Origin: a virus
Lineage: Duplodnaviria; Caudoviricetes
DNA: 50,872 nucleotides
Strand: one strand, 5' to 3'
Virus record (IMG/VR): IMGVR_UViG_3300016476_000983
Location: 1-50,872 of that record
Numbering within the stretch: position 1 is the first letter of the stretch; every line of letters begins with the position of its first letter. Shown here in pieces: positions 19,246-29,628 of the stretch. Below the pieces are notes generated by a model. It was not told the origin of the DNA. It did no database searches and saw only the letters and a program-made list of their open reading frames with translations. The position numbers were made by a program, and so were the translations under genes.

Positions 19246-19752
19246 ATGACACAGGACGTTTCTCGCATCCGAATTCGGTTCTTCGAGCAGGATGTTACAC
19301 CTACGGGTACTGGCCCTGCACTCGAAGCCGTTGACGCTGGCAGCGACAGTTACGCTTGCGTGATTTCTGGTCCGACCTGGTCGGGGATCACCCGTGGTGA
19401 CGTGGAAACCACTTGCACCGAAAACACGCTCGACGGCTGGGGCAACCTGCTAAAGAAGCACCGCCCCGGAAAGCTGGTCGACCTTGGTACGATCACATTC
19501 GGAGTCGAATGGGATCTCGATACGCAGTACGGTGGTCGTGAATTCGCAACCGTCATGGACGGTCGAGTCGGTGATCTTGTGCTGTACTTCCCGCCTGAAG
19601 GTTCTCAGACGACCGGCCCGACGATCACTCTCACCGGCTACTGTAACCGGTTCACCCCGGCTGGCACGGCATTGTCTGACGATGCTGGCAGCAAGTTGAC
19701 CGCTGAGGTCCAGTACAAGATCAACAACATCAGCATCGCTGTCGGATCGTAA
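19246..19752 (+). CDS. Major tail tube protein
   Basis: VETT...PGKLVDLGTITF...LYFP...TGY pattern; GGAGA RBS; synteny. Confidence 0.8.
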   Translation: MTQDVSRIRIRFFEQDVTPTGTGPALEAVDAGSDSYACVISGPTWSGITRGDVETTCTENTLDGWGNLLKKHRPGKLVDLGTITFGVEWDLDTQYGGREFATVMDGRVGDLVLYFPPEGSQTTGPTITLTGYCNRFTPAGTALSDDAGSKLTAEVQYKINNISIAVGS

Positions 19753-19797
19753 GCCGGTAGCATTCTTCACTCCAGAAAGTTTTAAGGACGACACCCC

Positions 19798-20241
19798 ATG
19801 AAGTTCCGTGCTTTGAATCGTAAGCCAGTCGAAGAAAATGGTACCAGTTGGGTCCAGGAACCTTCGGCTGGTCTTCTTGCCTCATTCAGCACAAAGGTAT
19901 CCGAGTTTCCCCGGCTGCCCGGAGACGGGGACCGTGTCAGTACGGTCCTGTTCTCCGGTGGTCGCATTCTGAGTTGCCTGTTTGAAGGTGACGGTGAAGG
20001 ACCAAAGACTCTGGCTCTTGTCAGCCTAGTCAACAACCTGCACGCTGAGAACCCCACTGAATGGCCAATCACAGTTCTCGAAACTGACTCACCACGTCAG
20101 ATTCTCGACGCACTGGAAACCAACTATTTCGTTCGCGTGGTGGACTGGTTCATTGACCAGTTGCCCGCTGGCGAATTCACGGCATTGCTTGAACTGGTCC
20201 GCGAAGTCTGGCCGGAGCAGGACAAAAAGGGAAACGCCTAA
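19798..20241 (+). CDS. Tail assembly chaperone (gpG-like)
   Basis: Between tail tube and TMP; ends in slippery G GGA AAC. Confidence 0.75.
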   Translation: MKFRALNRKPVEENGTSWVQEPSAGLLASFSTKVSEFPRLPGDGDRVSTVLFSGGRILSCLFEGDGEGPKTLALVSLVNNLHAENPTEWPITVLETDSPRQILDALETNYFVRVVDWFIDQLPAGEFTALLELVREVWPEQDKKGNA

Positions 20242-20579
20242 GCCCTGACGACCGTGAATGGTTCATATGGTTTCTGTGCAGTCGCTGGGGTAAAAGTTAC
20301 ACGGAAATCTCTGATATGCCGTCCTCAGAATTTGAGGGGCACTGGAGTTTCTGGAAGCAGTTTCGCTGGGGTATGCAGGACGATCTACAGGCAATAGCCG
20401 TTACCAATCAGATTCGTGCTGCAGCCCCGAAAACATCAGTTCAGCCTTGGATGGTGAAGGAATGGACCGTTCAGGCGAATTACACCCATCGAATTCAGCA
20501 AGTAGTACGGAAACCCGCTTCTGCAATCAGAAGCGGGTTTCTTGCTATCGCTAAGGCTATTGAAGGATTGAAGCGATGA
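20229..20579 (+). CDS. Tail assembly chaperone frameshift extension (gpGT-like)
   Basis: -1 frame open from 20229 through ORF 20316-20579. Confidence 0.75.
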   Translation, partial: GKRLSPDDREWFIWFLCSRWGKSYTEISDMPSSEFEGHWSFWKQFRWGMQDDLQAIAVTNQIRAAAPKTSVQPWMVKEWTVQANYTHRIQQVVRKPASAIRSGFLAIAKAIEGLKR

Positions 20580-23182
20580 GCGAAGGTCAAAGCGTAGCTG
20601 ACTTGCTGCTGAAGATCGGTGTTGATGCTGGCGAAATGATTTCCGGATTCAACGGGACAGCCAGGCAAGCCCGCCAAATGGCTAAGGACATGGCCGAAGG
20701 GATCAATGCTTCTCTCCAGAAAGCATTCGACCCAGCGGCTGTGAACTCAGAACAGATGTTTCAAAACTTGGAGACACAGTACCGTGCGACTGTGTCTACC
20801 ATGCTTCGCGAAAGCATCGAGGCCAGAGCGGTGATTGAACGGTCTGCAGAAAACGTAAAACGATTTGCTCTTGAGGCTGCCGAAGCCGATCAAAGAGTAA
20901 TGGGTGAACTGCTGACAGAGCAGGCAAATTTCTACAACGTAAAACAGGGTCTTCGCACTGCTGAGCTGGCCAACATTCAGGCGACAGCAAACCAAGAACT
21001 TGAGATTCAGCAACGATCTTTAGACATGCAAGCGGCATTGCGAGAAAGGTATGCTGCTGAAATTGCTGCGTTTGAAGCAGAGACTTCTGCGGACAAACAG
21101 CAGCGTATGATCAACGAAGCGAATCAACGAGACGTGTTGCAGTTTTATTCGAGAAGAGACGCTTCTCTTAAAAACATGAAAGCAACAGCAGATGCTGAAA
21201 CAGAAATAATTGAGCGGTCAACAGCACTAAGAGAAGCAATTTTGGCTAGGTACGGAGCTAAAACACAAGAGGAATTAGAAGCAGAAAAACGTGCTCGTGA
21301 GATGATCGTAGAGCAGCAAGAGCGTAGTAACGAAGCCTTGAAGTTTAGTAACAAGCTACGCCGTGAAGCAGTTGTTTTTATGAAGCAACTGGAAGAAGCA
21401 GGTATAGACCCGGAAAGCGAAAAATACAAAGCGATGACTGCTGAATTTAGCCGTCAGCAGCAAATGCAGCGGGATGAGTATCAGAACCGAGACGCAATCA
21501 TAAAGCAGAAAGAAGACGAAGCACGTCTCGACGCTGATGCTTTAGCCGTCATGCGGATGACCATGACTGCTCAAGAGGCACACAACGCTCGAATTGTACG
21601 ATACGGTGAACTGCTGGATAAAGGAAAAATATCGCAGGAGAGATACAACGCTGCAGTAAGAAAATCCAAAGAAATCATGGCGTCTCAGGATGTTGGCACT
21701 GGTGGTATCAGCGGAGTCATCGCCCAATTGTCCTTCGGGCTTGAAGACTTTGCTCAAGGTGTCGCTATGGGCGACCTCCGTGCTGCAATGTTGGGTGCCT
21801 CAAATAACATCACGATGGTGGTCCGTGGTTTGAAGGACATGGATTCTGCTGCACGTGCTGCCGCATTTTCTGTGATGAAGATTCCGTTGGCATTCGCTGG
21901 CTTTGCTGCTGCTGCAGCTTCTGCTCTGGTTATTCAATACCAGATCAAAAACATGAACACGGAACTAAAATCCTTGTCTGACAGAATTGCCGAAGCAACC
22001 AGACAATACTTCCGATTCCGGCAAGCTAATGAGATGGCAAGCCGTCAAGAACGGTTGGCAGAAGAATTGAAAAAGACCACAGAAATTGAAGATATCGAAG
22101 CAAAACGCAGACAGGCAGAACTAGATCACGCAGACCTAATCCGAAGACTCGATACGGAAAGAAATGAGAACAACGTAAAAGGCCGCGAAGCCATTCTGAA
22201 AATGTTGGGTGGTGAAGCCAACATGATTGAGCTTCAGCAGTACCTGATGAATCAGAATACCGCTGAATCCAAGTCGGCATTGGAATCGCTATCACGTGCT
22301 CAAAGAGCAGCGTTGAAAGGAAACACGGAAACCGTGTTCCAAGAAATGCGGGCTTTGTTTAACTACCTTGATGCACAGTCTTACAAAGCCCTTGGTGAAA
22401 ACCTAACACCTTGGAACATGGTTGGCGGTGCGAACTTCTTCGACATGGCTGCTTTGAATGAGCTGCAAAAGTACTTCAAGCAAGGTACTATGTACAACGC
22501 ATTCTACGGTGACAGCGAAGAAGCGTTAAAAGAGATCCAGACTGTTCTGGATCAAATTGCCAAGGATGAGTCTAAGTCGCTTGCTGAACGAGCTGCTGCA
22601 GAAAAGGCACTGGAAGATATTAAGAAGCGGCAGCTTGAAATCGACGCTGAAAGAGTTCAACGAGAACAGTTTGAAGCTGAGCACTTGAAGGAAAAACTTG
22701 AACGAGAACACCAAATTAGAAAACAGCGTGCTGAGTTTGAGGCAGAAAGCTTCCGACTCATGCAGCAGGAACAATTGTTCCTGATCAATGCAACCGAGAG
22801 TGAGCGTGAGATACTCAGGTTGAAAGAGCAACAGGCTAAAGTGACTCGACCCGGAGCGTTCATGACTGGATTCGACCCAATATTGAATGCTTTGATTCAG
22901 CAGGAAAATGCGGCATTGCAGCAACAGGATCAAATGGCATTCCTGGAAGCACAGAAAAAGGCTGCTGAGAATGAAATCATGATGCTGCAGCAACAGGCAA
23001 TTCCAAAGGCACAGGGTGCTTTGGAGCAGGACGCTTTTCAAGCACAGGCTGACGCATTCAAACAGATGACTGAGAACCTGACACAGAAGCCGAATCCACA
23101 ACTTACACAGGTTGTGAACAGACTTGGTGCGATTGAAGCCGCTATCAAAAACGGCGGTGTCTTTTTACAGGTAGGACCGTAA
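20576..23182 (+). CDS. Tape measure protein
   Basis: 868 aa helical Ala/Glu/Gln-rich; N-terminal VADLLLKIGVD; follows chaperones. Confidence 0.9.
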   Translation: MSEGQSVADLLLKIGVDAGEMISGFNGTARQARQMAKDMAEGINASLQKAFDPAAVNSEQMFQNLETQYRATVSTMLRESIEARAVIERSAENVKRFALEAAEADQRVMGELLTEQANFYNVKQGLRTAELANIQATANQELEIQQRSLDMQAALRERYAAEIAAFEAETSADKQQRMINEANQRDVLQFYSRRDASLKNMKATADAETEIIERSTALREAILARYGAKTQEELEAEKRAREMIVEQQERSNEALKFSNKLRREAVVFMKQLEEAGIDPESEKYKAMTAEFSRQQQMQRDEYQNRDAIIKQKEDEARLDADALAVMRMTMTAQEAHNARIVRYGELLDKGKISQERYNAAVRKSKEIMASQDVGTGGISGVIAQLSFGLEDFAQGVAMGDLRAAMLGASNNITMVVRGLKDMDSAARAAAFSVMKIPLAFAGFAAAAASALVIQYQIKNMNTELKSLSDRIAEATRQYFRFRQANEMASRQERLAEELKKTTEIEDIEAKRRQAELDHADLIRRLDTERNENNVKGREAILKMLGGEANMIELQQYLMNQNTAESKSALESLSRAQRAALKGNTETVFQEMRALFNYLDAQSYKALGENLTPWNMVGGANFFDMAALNELQKYFKQGTMYNAFYGDSEEALKEIQTVLDQIAKDESKSLAERAAAEKALEDIKKRQLEIDAERVQREQFEAEHLKEKLEREHQIRKQRAEFEAESFRLMQQEQLFLINATESEREILRLKEQQAKVTRPGAFMTGFDPILNALIQQENAALQQQDQMAFLEAQKKAAENEIMMLQQQAIPKAQGALEQDAFQAQADAFKQMTENLTQKPNPQLTQVVNRLGAIEAAIKNGGVFLQVGP

Positions 23183-23183
23183 C

Positions 23184-24296
23184 ATGGGGCTGGTAGCAAT
23201 CCACGGAAGTCTTCTTCCCTCCCAGAACTTCCAGGCAACGTTTGGGGTCAACACCGTTCAAGAAGAACTGCTTATCGAAATGAGCAGTCCTCTTGAGCGT
23301 CAGACAGACGTTGTGAACGCCCTGCCCGTGTTTGGACAGGCTGGGGACTGGACATTCACAATTGGCATTAGTGCCCATCCAAGTCGCTCAGACCTGATTC
23401 TGAAGTCTTGCGATGGTGTTCGTGAAGCACCGGACGGCAGACCGTTCTGGATCATCAGCCTGACGTATGAAACACCACAATGGCTGAATGACGTATATCC
23501 GGGTGAAGATCGTGGTCGGGGCAACCTCGGTCGCAAAAAGAAAATTGAGAACAACAAACCAATTATCTATCCTTGGAACGAACCGCCAACATGGTCTTCA
23601 AGCATTCGTACTGTCCGAATTACACGTTTTCACGATGAGAACGGAAACTTGTTGCGTCATGCAAATGGGTTGCCACTGACGGATGGTATCGACGCTGAAC
23701 TGGTGCTCGAATCGCATACGTTCACATGGAACATTGCGTACACAGCATTCGACTACTCAACAAAAATTCGCCCATATCTGTACAGAGTGAATTCAGCAAC
23801 GGCTTTTGGTCGAGACCCCGGTTATGTGTTCCTGGATTCAGTCAGTTGTACGGAAAACTATCGTGACGTTACGATACCTGGAACCGACGATCAACCTGCA
23901 TCATTTGACACCCACCACTTCTTTACTGTCAACGCCACATTCCTGATTGACACGAGGACTCCAGCAACAAACACAAAAAGTTACTTCCAGGAACAGTACC
24001 GTCGTGTTTCAATGCACACGATGGAACGCATTTTGATACCGGGACCGCTGGGTGTGCTGATTCCGACGTATGTTCCAATTTTCATCAATAGCCGTGGAGA
24101 TTACGCTGAAGCCCCGTGGCCGTTACTTTCACAGACTAAAGCCACAACACTTGGACTTCAGTTCGGGCAGGCGGTGCCCTATGATCAGATGAGTAGCGTG
24201 AACCCGCTCACGGACTTCCACTTCGTGGACCCAGGACTTCCCAAAAGTGCTGCACTACACACGTTCATTTCAGACAACAACTTGGTGATTCCATGA
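23184..24296 (+). CDS. Minor tail protein
   Basis: First gene after TMP; beta-rich. Confidence 0.6.
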   Translation: MGLVAIHGSLLPSQNFQATFGVNTVQEELLIEMSSPLERQTDVVNALPVFGQAGDWTFTIGISAHPSRSDLILKSCDGVREAPDGRPFWIISLTYETPQWLNDVYPGEDRGRGNLGRKKKIENNKPIIYPWNEPPTWSSSIRTVRITRFHDENGNLLRHANGLPLTDGIDAELVLESHTFTWNIAYTAFDYSTKIRPYLYRVNSATAFGRDPGYVFLDSVSCTENYRDVTIPGTDDQPASFDTHHFFTVNATFLIDTRTPATNTKSYFQEQYRRVSMHTMERILIPGPLGVLIPTYVPIFINSRGDYAEAPWPLLSQTKATTLGLQFGQAVPYDQMSSVNPLTDFHFVDPGLPKSAALHTFISDNNLVIP

Positions 24297-25393
24297 GCAA
24301 ACAGTTCGGCGTATTCAGCGTTGAAACGGCGGCTGAGATTCATCGCCGGGTTCTCGGTAACTCTTCTCCCCAGAAACCAACTGAGGGGCAGAAGCAGCGT
24401 TTGTTGCCAGCAACAGATTACTTTGTGAAACTGTTGGAACCTCTTGCTCCAGCCAGCAATCCCGAAACAGGATACGCACAGGCTGAAGCTAGGATCATGC
24501 GGTACACGCAACCAGTCAACCCAAACAGCTTGAACCTGGAACCAGCAGGTAGCGACGATTCGACTAAGATCAAAGTAACAAACAGAAGTCCTACCTACTA
24601 CGCAGAACCAAACGATATAATCTTGGTACGTCGAATTGGTTCCGAGTACGCACCGCTCATTGCTGCTGGCGGAACGTTTGCAACATCTACGGACTGCCCT
24701 TGCGAATGTATCGAAGAGGGCGACATGCTTCTTCGAGACGAAATGGTTCCAAGTAAATACATTGTCAAAGTTCCAGACTTAGAATTCAAAACGGACTTTG
24801 GCATCGTTCGGCTGCCCGCTGGAAGTTACACAGTAACTTGGAATACCTTTCGCGGTTTGTGGGTTTTAGACATAGGCAACAACTTAACTGTCTATGATAA
24901 AAATGGAAAAGACATAACAGTTGGATTTTTAGTGGATGGAGAAATCACACTTACTTATCCAGCAAGCGGCGACCCTCAACTGAAAGTTTGTGTGCAAATC
25001 GATGAAGGAACCGGCGACACAGACATAAATTATCCATTCGGTTATCAATCAGGGTTTAATTACGGCAGTGAGAATGGCTACTCAGATGCTGTTAATGGAA
25101 ACCCTTATGATGACCGTGTGGTGTTTGCCGGAGCAACTGGAACTGCTGGCGGCACTGGAGCATGGCAGCAGTTCGGCACAGGAACCTTACTGGAACCCGG
25201 AACCGGAACTTACGGAGACTTGACGGGTACTGGTACAGGGACGGGAACTTTTATGTGGTCGTGGTATGAAGAAGGATTCTACCAAGGCTACAGAGACGGC
25301 TACAGAAACGGTTGGGATCACGGAACGGGATCGATACCAGCTCCAGGCACTGGACTGGGTACAGGTACTGGGTCAATGATTGTGGGGATGTAG
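24293..25393 (+). CDS. Minor tail protein with Gly-Thr repeats
   Basis: Coupled to previous gene; C-terminal GTGTGTGT and GxxxG repeats. Confidence 0.6.
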   Translation: MSKQFGVFSVETAAEIHRRVLGNSSPQKPTEGQKQRLLPATDYFVKLLEPLAPASNPETGYAQAEARIMRYTQPVNPNSLNLEPAGSDDSTKIKVTNRSPTYYAEPNDIILVRRIGSEYAPLIAAGGTFATSTDCPCECIEEGDMLLRDEMVPSKYIVKVPDLEFKTDFGIVRLPAGSYTVTWNTFRGLWVLDIGNNLTVYDKNGKDITVGFLVDGEITLTYPASGDPQLKVCVQIDEGTGDTDINYPFGYQSGFNYGSENGYSDAVNGNPYDDRVVFAGATGTAGGTGAWQQFGTGTLLEPGTGTYGDLTGTGTGTGTFMWSWYEEGFYQGYRDGYRNGWDHGTGSIPAPGTGLGTGTGSMIVGM

Positions 25394-25395
25394 CA

Positions 25396-26145
25396 ATGCC
25401 GACATACTGTAAAACTTGGTTCTATCCAGAAGAAGAACACCGACCGCTTTGCCAAGAAGAGTACAGACCTCTCGAAAGCGACGAGTGCCCCGTATGCGTT
25501 ACACCGTTCATACCGCAACCGGGCTGCAGTAATTTACCTCTTGGTTCATTTACTTTGCCAAACAGGGCACATTGTGACTATGTTCCACAGGGAAACGCAC
25601 CACTTCAGTATGTTCGTAATTTTCCACGTTGGTTGCGAGTTGTGATTACTCCCGGCTCTGTCGACGCAGACCCTAGTTCCTGGCCTTGCGTTAGTACGTA
25701 CTACAGAGGTACGTTCTTGTGCTACAATCAAAGCTTGTGCAACGACACATGGATTAGCCTAGATAAAGGTCCAATCTGCACTCAAATTGTTAATGGTCAA
25801 ACTGTTTGCATTGACAACGGACCAACGGCTGCTGGTGCAATGGCAACTCGATGGAGAATAGGTGTAGTACTGAACTATGACACGTCTAGCAGTCCACAAA
25901 GGCAGTCTTTCTGGGTGTACCTAAACAGGTACCAATTTGCATGTGGCACGCAGCAAGTCACAAGTTCATTGTACAAAACGGATGACACCTTATCAGATAG
26001 AGGTTGGCGGTTTGATTGCAAAGCCACACATAAGATTAAGTGGTTTCGGTCTACCAATTCTTCCGGCCAACCAATCTGGGTTCCATTAGATAGCCCCAGC
26101 ATCATCCCAAATCCTGGTTTCAGCATAACAATATCGCCGGTGTAG
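25396..26145 (+). CDS. Cys-rich putative tail tip protein
   Basis: Many Cys/Pro; within tail operon. Confidence 0.55.
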   Translation: MPTYCKTWFYPEEEHRPLCQEEYRPLESDECPVCVTPFIPQPGCSNLPLGSFTLPNRAHCDYVPQGNAPLQYVRNFPRWLRVVITPGSVDADPSSWPCVSTYYRGTFLCYNQSLCNDTWISLDKGPICTQIVNGQTVCIDNGPTAAGAMATRWRIGVVLNYDTSSSPQRQSFWVYLNRYQFACGTQQVTSSLYKTDDTLSDRGWRFDCKATHKIKWFRSTNSSGQPIWVPLDSPSIIPNPGFSITISPV

Positions 26146-26146
26146 T

Positions 26147-27547
26147 ATGCCAACTGTAATCGGTAAACTCGAAAGATATAAAGCGGAAGCTTTCATTCAG
26201 CAGCACGCAACATGCTCTATCGGCAGTGCTTCACGAGATGGTAGAGTTCGTATTGTAAGTGCGTCAACAGGTGACTCCCTAGCTTGTGAAATACAACAGT
26301 TAGAGCAATTTGACTCGCACGCAACGGATACCTTTCAGCCGACTTATAGTTTTCTGGCAAACCTTGGCACAAATGTGTCAAAAGCTTTGGCCACCATCGG
26401 CATCACAAAAGAGCGAGTCAGTTACTGGATCGGTGCTCCATGCAACTGTACTGAACGAGAAGAAAAGCTAAATGCTCTTGGTAAGTGGGCTGACAGCGTT
26501 TTAAGCGGTACACCAACGATTGCCCCATTCATGAACGACACAAACGCAAAACCAGCAACTAAACTCGACCTTGTCTGCGGCTGCGTACACGAAGGTGAAC
26601 TCAACCAGTTCTCTGACTACGTCAGGGCAAACAGGATCACCGGCGTGAAGGTTGGTCCACTCCCACCCGACACATTCCATCGTCGAATCAAAGCAGACAC
26701 TGCTGATGTTCCACGTATCAAACAACTGATCATTGAATGGAACGGTGGAACTGACGTGCCCAAGTACGACACTCCTTGGGTTCCCGGTCGATGGGCTGCA
26801 GCCCTAACAACCGTGCCCAGCCGGGCCACTACTCTTCTTCCAGAAACACTTAGGGCGGTAACGGCTGCTGGTATCCAGCCTGTGTTATACGTTGATGGTT
26901 TGCTGTCTGTTGAACAGGAATCGGCTATACGGCAGGCTGCTGGATTCGATGTTACAATCAATCAGCACCGCAACATCAAAACATTTGCGAACTGGTACAC
27001 GGCTGCTACAGACCTGTACATGACCAACCCATGGGCGGAACATTACTTGTTCCTGCAGGACGACTTGACGTGCCCAAAAACTCTGCTACAATATCTCAAG
27101 TCCTGCCGATATCCGCAGAACGCTTACTTCAACATGTACACGTTTCGTGAAAACGAACGTGCGATTGAGGGCAAACCGCCGGGATGGGTTGAGGCTTACC
27201 GCAGCAGACAAGGTCATCAACTTGGTCTGGGTGCTGTCGGCCTGATCTTTCCACACAATACCCTAATCACGTTACTCACACAGAAGCACATGCTGACTCG
27301 TAAGCGTGACGCGGTTCGCGGGAATCATTCTTTGGATGGAGCGATTGTTGAGGCAATGAATCAGGCTGGATACACAGAGTACGTCCATAACCCATCTCTG
27401 TTACAGCACACTGGTGAAGAGTCTTCAATGGGCAATGCGAAACACGCCAAAGCTCTATCCTATCGCGGTGATGACTTTGACCTGATGACTTTGCTGAAAG
27501 ACACCCCAAATGTCGAGCAACCCCAACAGAGTACGGACAATCGCTGA
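26147..27547 (+). CDS. Glycosyltransferase (GT-A-like) fused to N-terminal CxC-motif domain
   Basis: LFLQDD and PSLLQHTG motifs; N-terminal PCNCTEREEKLN. Confidence 0.7.
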   Translation: MPTVIGKLERYKAEAFIQQHATCSIGSASRDGRVRIVSASTGDSLACEIQQLEQFDSHATDTFQPTYSFLANLGTNVSKALATIGITKERVSYWIGAPCNCTEREEKLNALGKWADSVLSGTPTIAPFMNDTNAKPATKLDLVCGCVHEGELNQFSDYVRANRITGVKVGPLPPDTFHRRIKADTADVPRIKQLIIEWNGGTDVPKYDTPWVPGRWAAALTTVPSRATTLLPETLRAVTAAGIQPVLYVDGLLSVEQESAIRQAAGFDVTINQHRNIKTFANWYTAATDLYMTNPWAEHYLFLQDDLTCPKTLLQYLKSCRYPQNAYFNMYTFRENERAIEGKPPGWVEAYRSRQGHQLGLGAVGLIFPHNTLITLLTQKHMLTRKRDAVRGNHSLDGAIVEAMNQAGYTEYVHNPSLLQHTGEESSMGNAKHAKALSYRGDDFDLMTLLKDTPNVEQPQQSTDNR

Positions 27548-28640
27548 TGTGATGCAGAGCAATCAGCTTCCGACGGCATTCCCATTCGATCATTTACCAA
27601 AACCGAATTACACCCCACCAGCATCATTAGGACCGCGTCTGGTCCTCGGTGTGTCCTCCATGAAGGACCACATGACCGATGAGGGCTGGCAGCTTACTCA
27701 CGGTCTTGCTCAGAACGGTTACATCCATTGTGGACACGGCTTGCCTGAACCGCTTACTGACGTTGCCCGTTTGCTGGACAAATACAGCCCATCCGTGGTT
27801 GTGGTTCAAGACAAGCGAGAGTGGAAACCGGAGCACGACTTCCGAGATCGTCAGGCAGAATTCAAAAACATTCACCTGTTACGAGATCGTTCAGACATTT
27901 TCAAAGTGACGGTGATTAAGGATGCACAACAACGTCCTTACTGGCACCGCGAGTCCTCGGAAGAGATCGGCTGCAACGCCTGGATTCATTACTATCATCG
28001 TGATATCGTAATGAACCTGCAGCCGTACATTCGACCGCTACACATGATCAGGACGTGGCACACAGTGAATCCTGACCACGTCACTTTTGAGTGGCCTGCT
28101 GAACGCTCTGGCACGTTGCTGTCCGGAGCTATCAGCAATGCCTATCCTTTCCGCCAGAAACTATCAAAGGCTGGACTGCCCATCGTTCAACTTCGGCATC
28201 CCGGATACCATAGGAGAGGCTGTGCAACACCGGGATATCTAAAACTGCTGACTGATTACAAAGTGGCAATCTGCACGTCTAGCCGATTCGGATACGCTTT
28301 GCGTAAAATAATCGAAGCAACTGCTGCAGGCTGCATCGTTGTGACCGACCTGCCAATTGAGGACAAGCTTCCATTCGGGATTGAGGGCAACCTTGTTCGC
28401 GTCCATCCTGACATTTCAATGTCGGACTTCAGGCAGTTGCTTGTCGACCTTGAAGAGTCGTGGAATGAAGAAACACAGCGTCAACACGCTGAGAATGCAA
28501 TCTGGGGATTCGACTATGAGCGAGTCACTTACATCCTTGCACAGATGATTGAAGTCCATCGTCTGGCTCAATCTCAATCTGAGTTCGATTTCCGTCAAAT
28601 CCGAAATGCCGTTACTGGCGTAGTAAAGGAGTTCACATGA
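27510..28640 (+). CDS. Glycosyltransferase (GT-B, CgeB/Glyco_trans_1_2-like)
   Basis: YLKLL...RKIIEATAAGCIVVTD C-terminal motif. Confidence 0.7.
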   Translation: MSSNPNRVRTIADVMQSNQLPTAFPFDHLPKPNYTPPASLGPRLVLGVSSMKDHMTDEGWQLTHGLAQNGYIHCGHGLPEPLTDVARLLDKYSPSVVVVQDKREWKPEHDFRDRQAEFKNIHLLRDRSDIFKVTVIKDAQQRPYWHRESSEEIGCNAWIHYYHRDIVMNLQPYIRPLHMIRTWHTVNPDHVTFEWPAERSGTLLSGAISNAYPFRQKLSKAGLPIVQLRHPGYHRRGCATPGYLKLLTDYKVAICTSSRFGYALRKIIEATAAGCIVVTDLPIEDKLPFGIEGNLVRVHPDISMSDFRQLLVDLEESWNEETQRQHAENAIWGFDYERVTYILAQMIEVHRLAQSQSEFDFRQIRNAVTGVVKEFT

Positions 28641-29623
28641 CACCTGAAGAAGCAGTTAGCAAGATGGTTCCACCGTCAACACGCCGTCCCGGTAAATGGA
28701 TGGAAGGTGTGATGCAGATCCATCTGACACGTGCCTGTGACTTGGCCTGTAGCAATTGCACGCAGGGCAGTCAGTTTGCGGGAAAGAACACGTTCATGAC
28801 TTTGGACAACTTTGAATTCGCTTGCCGAAGTCTGAAGAACTACTTTGGATTGATCGGAATCTTCGGCGGCAATCCTGCGTTACACCCACAATTCAACACA
28901 ATTTGTGAAATCCTCCGCAGTCATTTCCCGCAAGAGAAGTGTGGAATCTGGTGCAACCATCCTCGGGGTAAAGCCGCTGAGATGAGACGCACATTCAACC
29001 CAGCCATGAGTAACCTGAACGTTCACATGGTTAAAGAAGCGTACATGGAGTTCAAACGTGACTGGCCGGAGTCACGGCCGTTTGGCTTATACAAAGATAG
29101 CCGCCATTCACCGGTACACGGCAACCCTGCCGTTTTTATTCGGGATGAAGGAGAACGCTGGAAACGAATCAGCGAATGCGACATTAATAAACATTGGTCC
29201 GCGATGATTTGCCAGTTCCGCGGTGAACTTCGCGGTTTCTTCTGTGAAGTCGCCGGTGGACAAGCAATGCTGCATCAGGACGATCCAAACTATCCGGATA
29301 CCGGAGCACAAGTTGTCTGTCCTCAGTATGTGACAGAAGACGACAGGCATACATCTGATTGGAAATGCTTTACCTGCCGCGGTATGGAATGGTGGCAACA
29401 CCAAATTGAGGAGTACAGTCATCAGATCCAATACCACTGCACAAAGTGCCTCGTGCCTCTGCGTGGTCACGGTGCTCTGGCTCATACACAGAGCGAAACA
29501 ACAATCACAACTGAATACGATCATTTGCGTCCGAAGGGTGCTCACATTCTGCACATCATCGGGCAGGACGATTCTATTCACCCAGAAACTTCTCGCCGCG
29601 TCATCGATTACCTGGAGAAATAG
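28637..29623 (+). CDS. Radical SAM enzyme with extra C-terminal Cys
   Basis: CDLACSNC (CxxxCxxC), FGGNP, further Cys clusters. Confidence 0.85.
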   Translation: MTPEEAVSKMVPPSTRRPGKWMEGVMQIHLTRACDLACSNCTQGSQFAGKNTFMTLDNFEFACRSLKNYFGLIGIFGGNPALHPQFNTICEILRSHFPQEKCGIWCNHPRGKAAEMRRTFNPAMSNLNVHMVKEAYMEFKRDWPESRPFGLYKDSRHSPVHGNPAVFIRDEGERWKRISECDINKHWSAMICQFRGELRGFFCEVAGGQAMLHQDDPNYPDTGAQVVCPQYVTEDDRHTSDWKCFTCRGMEWWQHQIEEYSHQIQYHCTKCLVPLRGHGALAHTQSETTITTEYDHLRPKGAHILHIIGQDDSIHPETSRRVIDYLEK

Positions 29624-29628
29624 ACACC

